Translations under genes and position numbers: made by a program
DNA from: a virus
Taxonomy: Duplodnaviria > Heunggongvirae > Uroviricota > Caudoviricetes
Virus record (IMG/VR): IMGVR_UViG_2923302340_000001
Direction: 5' to 3' (one strand)
DNA length: 48,684 nucleotides
In this document: positions 44,881 through 48,684 of the stretch, piece by piece
Numbering within the stretch: the first letter of the stretch is position 1
Layout of the letters: each line of letters starts with the position of its first letter
The notes under the pieces: generated by a model
Database searches by the model: none
Told to the model about the DNA's origin: nothing
The model's input: only the letters and a program-made list of their open reading frames with translations

Positions 44881-46343
44881 TGGGATATCGCCACGGTACT
44901 TATATATCTGAACTGGCTACATCTATAACTCCTCCAGTGCAAGTTAGTGCTGGGTTGATTGTCGCATTTGGTACGGCTCCTGTTAATCAGTTAGAAGATC
45001 CAGCCTCAGCGGTAAATAAACCTATCATTGCTTATACATACGCAGAGGCCGTATCTAAAATAGGATATAGCACAAACTTCGAGAAATATACTTTAAGCGA
45101 AGTAATTAAAGTCGCATTTGGAATATATGGTGTTGCGCCAGTTGTATTTATCAATGTGCTTGTTCCAGCAAAACATAAGAAAGACGTTACTGATGAGTTA
45201 GTAAAACTTTCTGGCGGGAAAGGTACGCTCTCTAACGATGGTGTCTTATATAAATCTGTTGTTGTGAAAAAAGCAGATGGTGATTCGCCTGGGTTAACGC
45301 TTGATACCGATTATGTGCTGGCGCTGGATGATAATGGCTATACGGTCATTACAGCTATTAGCGGAGGAAAAATTACCGAAAAAGACGCTACTCTTAAGGT
45401 TAGTTATACGCATCTTGATCCCGGTGCCGTAACTAAAAATGACATTATCGGTGGTGTGGATTCCAACACTAAAGCCAATACAGGGCTTGAGTTACTGTCA
45501 GATGTGTATCCCCGCTTCAAGTTAGTTCCTGGACAAGTGATTGCACCTGGATTTAGTTCTGATAGTGAAGTTGGTCAGCTAATGGCGGCTAAAGCCGCGC
45601 TGATTAGTGAATTGTTCAAAGCAGAAGCTATAACGGATGCGCCGACCGATAAATCTACTATCAGTGATTACTCGGCTGTTCCTGAATGGAAACAGAACAA
45701 TAATCACATGGCCGCTAACCAAACAGTGTGCTGGCCGATGGTGAAACTTGGTGACAATATTTACCATCACTCAACCCATTTAGCGGCCGCAACATGCTTG
45801 CTGGATAGTCAGTATGGTGATATTCCATCACGTTCTCCGTCAAATATAAAACTACAGATGGACGGTGCTGTACGTAAAGATGGCAGTGAAGTATGGCTTA
45901 ACATTAGCCAGGCAAACTACTTAAATGGACAGGGGATTGTAACAAGCCTTAATTTTGATGGTTGGAAATCATGGGGAAACCGTAATGCTATTTATCCAAC
46001 ATCTACAGACCCCAAAGACGCATTTCGTGTTTGCCGACGTATGTTTAACTGGGTGGGTAATACGTTAATTCTTTCGCATTGGTCAAAAATAGACAATCCT
46101 GCAAACCGTCGATTAATTGAATCGATTGTTACAAGTGCGAATATTTGGCTTAACGGCCTCACAGGTAATCAGGATATTGCAGGTGGTGTTGTTACCTTTG
46201 ATCAGTCTGAAAACACGATTACGTCATTAATGGACGGGATTGTTAAATTCCATGTAAAAATGACACCATTCTCACCTGCCAGAGATATTGAGTTCGTCAT
46301 GGAATATAATCCTGATTATCTGCTGAACTTGTTTTCTGAATAA
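44880..46343 (+). CDS. tail sheath protein
   Basis: 487 aa; sheath-like N-terminus MGYRHGTYISE...; followed by tube gene. Confidence 0.8.
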   Translation: MGYRHGTYISELATSITPPVQVSAGLIVAFGTAPVNQLEDPASAVNKPIIAYTYAEAVSKIGYSTNFEKYTLSEVIKVAFGIYGVAPVVFINVLVPAKHKKDVTDELVKLSGGKGTLSNDGVLYKSVVVKKADGDSPGLTLDTDYVLALDDNGYTVITAISGGKITEKDATLKVSYTHLDPGAVTKNDIIGGVDSNTKANTGLELLSDVYPRFKLVPGQVIAPGFSSDSEVGQLMAAKAALISELFKAEAITDAPTDKSTISDYSAVPEWKQNNNHMAANQTVCWPMVKLGDNIYHHSTHLAAATCLLDSQYGDIPSRSPSNIKLQMDGAVRKDGSEVWLNISQANYLNGQGIVTSLNFDGWKSWGNRNAIYPTSTDPKDAFRVCRRMFNWVGNTLILSHWSKIDNPANRRLIESIVTSANIWLNGLTGNQDIAGGVVTFDQSENTITSLMDGIVKFHVKMTPFSPARDIEFVMEYNPDYLLNLFSE

Positions 46344-46359
46344 ATAATAGGAGGTTGCT

Positions 46360-46881
46360 TTGAGCAATCAAATTCCTGAGAGACTTATTAACTTTACAGT
46401 ATACGGTGAGGGAAACCGTATTATCGGTGTTGCTGACGCAAAGCTGCCATCAATTGAGATGATGACAGAAACTGTTAGTGGTGCAGGTATCGCTGGAGAG
46501 CTTGAGAGCGGAACGCTGGGGCATTTCAAACCAATGACTGTCTCTCTTAAATGGCGAACTCTGACCTCTGCTGGTACAAAATTATTTCTATCCTCATCGC
46601 ATCAGGTAGATTTTCGCGGTAGCCAGCAGGTTTATGATGCAGGAACAGGAAAATATAAAACGGTTCCTATTCGGGCTTCAATGAAGCTAAATCCTAAAAA
46701 ACTGGATTTAGGTTCGCTACAGGTGGCAAAGGCTACTGATTCAGAGAATGAATTTGAAGTTCTCTATATCAAATTATTTATTGATGGGAAAGAAGTCCTG
46801 GAAATTGATAAGTTGAACTTTATTTGTATCTTTGATGGTGAAGATATATTAAAAAGCGTTCGTGATGATTTAGGTTTATAA
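46360..46881 (+). CDS. tail tube protein
   Basis: 173 aa directly after sheath. Confidence 0.75.
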   Translation: MSNQIPERLINFTVYGEGNRIIGVADAKLPSIEMMTETVSGAGIAGELESGTLGHFKPMTVSLKWRTLTSAGTKLFLSSSHQVDFRGSQQVYDAGTGKYKTVPIRASMKLNPKKLDLGSLQVAKATDSENEFEVLYIKLFIDGKEVLEIDKLNFICIFDGEDILKSVRDDLGL

Positions 46882-46890
46882 GGTGACAAA

Positions 46891-47172
46891 ATGGAAACCG
46901 TTAAATTAAGTAAAGAATATCGTTTTGAAGACTTTGAGCCGGTGACTGAACTCAACCTTGATTTAGACAACCTAAAAGGCAGTGATATTTTAGAGGTATC
47001 GGACTTACTGCAATCTCAAGGGCATGTTTCAGTTCAAACATCACTTGATAATAAAGTCCATGCAGCCTTGGCTGCTCGCTGTATTGGTCGTCCAATAGAG
47101 TATCTGAATGGATTACCAGCGAAAGACTTTGTTAAAGTTTGTCAAAAGGTACAGAATTTTTTGCTCTCGTAG
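46891..47172 (+). CDS. tail assembly chaperone (gpE/G-like)
   Basis: 93 aa between tube and tape measure; slippery T TTT TTG near 3' end. Confidence 0.55.
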   Translation: METVKLSKEYRFEDFEPVTELNLDLDNLKGSDILEVSDLLQSQGHVSVQTSLDNKVHAALAARCIGRPIEYLNGLPAKDFVKVCQKVQNFLLS

Positions 47173-47321
47173 GTTTTGATGAGCAAAAACCTATTGATAA
47201 GCAAATAATGAGGGCCGCGAGTTCTCTATCTCAATCATCTCAATCAACACCTATATCCTACTGGCTTTCGCTTCGGTTGAGGCGAATCGTCGCATGGATT
47301 GACGTGTTTAATGAGGATTAA
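46891..47321 (+). CDS. tail assembly chaperone, predicted -1 frameshift fusion product
   Basis: Heptamer T TTT TTG at 47157..47163; the -1 frame stays open to 47321, ending 6 nt before tape-measure ATG. Confidence 0.45.
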
Positions 47322-47326
47322 TACTA

Positions 47327-48684
47327 ATGGCCAGCAATAAGAACTTTAAGCTGGCTTTTGAAATTGGCGGCAAAGTTGCCGCCTCTCTCCCCAAAAGTTT
47401 TACTACAGCTAATCAGGCTGTTGCTAAATTAAATGCCGAGCTTGCTGGATTAACGAAAGAACATGGGGAAATTCAAAAGCTACAATCTGTAAAAGTAAAG
47501 GTTGGACAGACTGCCCTCGAATATCATAAAGCTGCCGCTCGCGTTGAAGAGTTACAGAAGCAAATAAAAAACACGGCCAATCCAACCAGAGCGATGCTTC
47601 GTGACTTTGAGAAGGCAAAAACACATTCATCGAATTTACGAGCATCACTACGTTCTCAGCGTGAAGAACTGGCCGCTTTAAAGTCTGCCTATCAGGGAGC
47701 TGATACATCTGCCAGAGCTTTGGCCTCAAGAGAGAAAGAGCTTAAAGCCAGCATTGATCGTAATCGTGAGGCTCAGGCCCGTAGCGTTGAGCAGGTTAAC
47801 CGCTACAGAACGGCTTTGGCTTTAGCCAGAGCAAATGTTCAGCAAGTGAAAAAACAGCAGGAGGAACTTAACCGGGCATTAGAAAAACAACGTATTGATA
47901 AAATTAACAGCTATAAAAATGCGTTGGCTGAAGCACGGAAAAATGTTCTTGCAGTAAAACGTGCTCAGGAGGAGTTAAACCGCGCGTTGGAAAGGCAGCG
48001 TGAATTGAAGCGAGAGCATCTTGGTGAGGCAAAGAGTCAACTTGTAAGGACAGGATTACAAACTGGTGCTGTAGCGGCTGGTGCATTTGCTGCTGCTTAT
48101 AATGCAGCAAATTTTAATCGTGAAAACAAAATGATTGGTCTTACGGCAGATATGAAGCCGGAGGAAGTTCAGGCGATGGGGCAAGCGATGCTTGTTACCG
48201 GGGCGGCTACCAACCAGTTTGCATCTGATATTCAGGCCGCTCAGGGTTTTCTTGTCGCTGCTGGGCAGGATTATAAAGAGGCTCAGGCGAATCTACTAAC
48301 TATTGGGCGAACAGCTACAGCTACTGGCTCTGATATCCTCGATGTCTCGAAAGCATCATTTACATTAAGTGACTCATTGAAGATTGATCCATCTCAAATG
48401 AAGTCTGCAATGGGGATTCTGGTTCAGGCAGGGAAAGAGGGAAACTTTGAATTTAAAGATATGGCCAAAAATCTTCCTGTGCTTGGTGCTCAGTTCCAGG
48501 CATTAAAAATGGGAGGTAAAGAAGCCGCCGCGACGATGGGGGCAGCTTTGCAGATAGCTCGCAAAGGTGCTGCAACTTCGGATGAGGCTGCTAATAATAT
48601 GAACAACTTTTTGGCGAAAATACTTTCCCCTGAAACACTAAAAAAAGCAAAGAAAAATTTCGGTGTAGATTTATATAAAATTGT
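47327..48684 (+). CDS. tail tape-measure protein, N-terminal part (3' partial; continues at nt 1)
   Basis: ATG 47327; coiled-coil-rich N-terminus and Ala/Gly-rich region; last codon GT- completed by nt 1 (c) giving an in-frame join with 2..1435. Confidence 0.8.
   Translation, partial: MASNKNFKLAFEIGGKVAASLPKSFTTANQAVAKLNAELAGLTKEHGEIQKLQSVKVKVGQTALEYHKAAARVEELQKQIKNTANPTRAMLRDFEKAKTHSSNLRASLRSQREELAALKSAYQGADTSARALASREKELKASIDRNREAQARSVEQVNRYRTALALARANVQQVKKQQEELNRALEKQRIDKINSYKNALAEARKNVLAVKRAQEELNRALERQRELKREHLGEAKSQLVRTGLQTGAVAAGAFAAAYNAANFNRENKMIGLTADMKPEEVQAMGQAMLVTGAATNQFASDIQAAQGFLVAAGQDYKEAQANLLTIGRTATATGSDILDVSKASFTLSDSLKIDPSQMKSAMGILVQAGKEGNFEFKDMAKNLPVLGAQFQALKMGGKEAAATMGAALQIARKGAATSDEAANNMNNFLAKILSPETLKKAKKNFGVDLYKI

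Overview
The window reads as a complete, circularly permuted ~48.7-kb temperate myovirus maintained as a plasmid (phage-plasmid). The tape-measure gene runs off the 3' end and continues in frame at nt 1, and no integrase is seen. Modules: P2/Mu-like contractile tail and baseplate (1-8080) with a Hin/Gin-type invertible tail-fibre switch carrying two stacked alternative cassettes (7283-10217); IncFII RepA1-like replicon with candidate antisense RNA and DnaA-box origin (10421-11900); HigB/HigA-like toxin-antitoxin; ParA/ParG-like partition cassette; antirepressor; CI-like/Cro-like switch with ACCAC-N5-GTGGT operators; nin-like accessory genes; lysis cassette; a tRNA (anticodon CAU); two methyltransferases; three ParB-like nuclease-domain proteins; lambda-like packaging/head genes; sheath, tube and a frameshifted tail chaperone. 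The most unusual features are a promoter/leader cassette present in three near-identical copies ahead of small accessory operons, and an AT-rich palindromic box dispersed at 8 or more intergenic sites including the partition promoter. All protein family calls are by eye and recollection; no database search or RNA folding was run, so family names are hypotheses.
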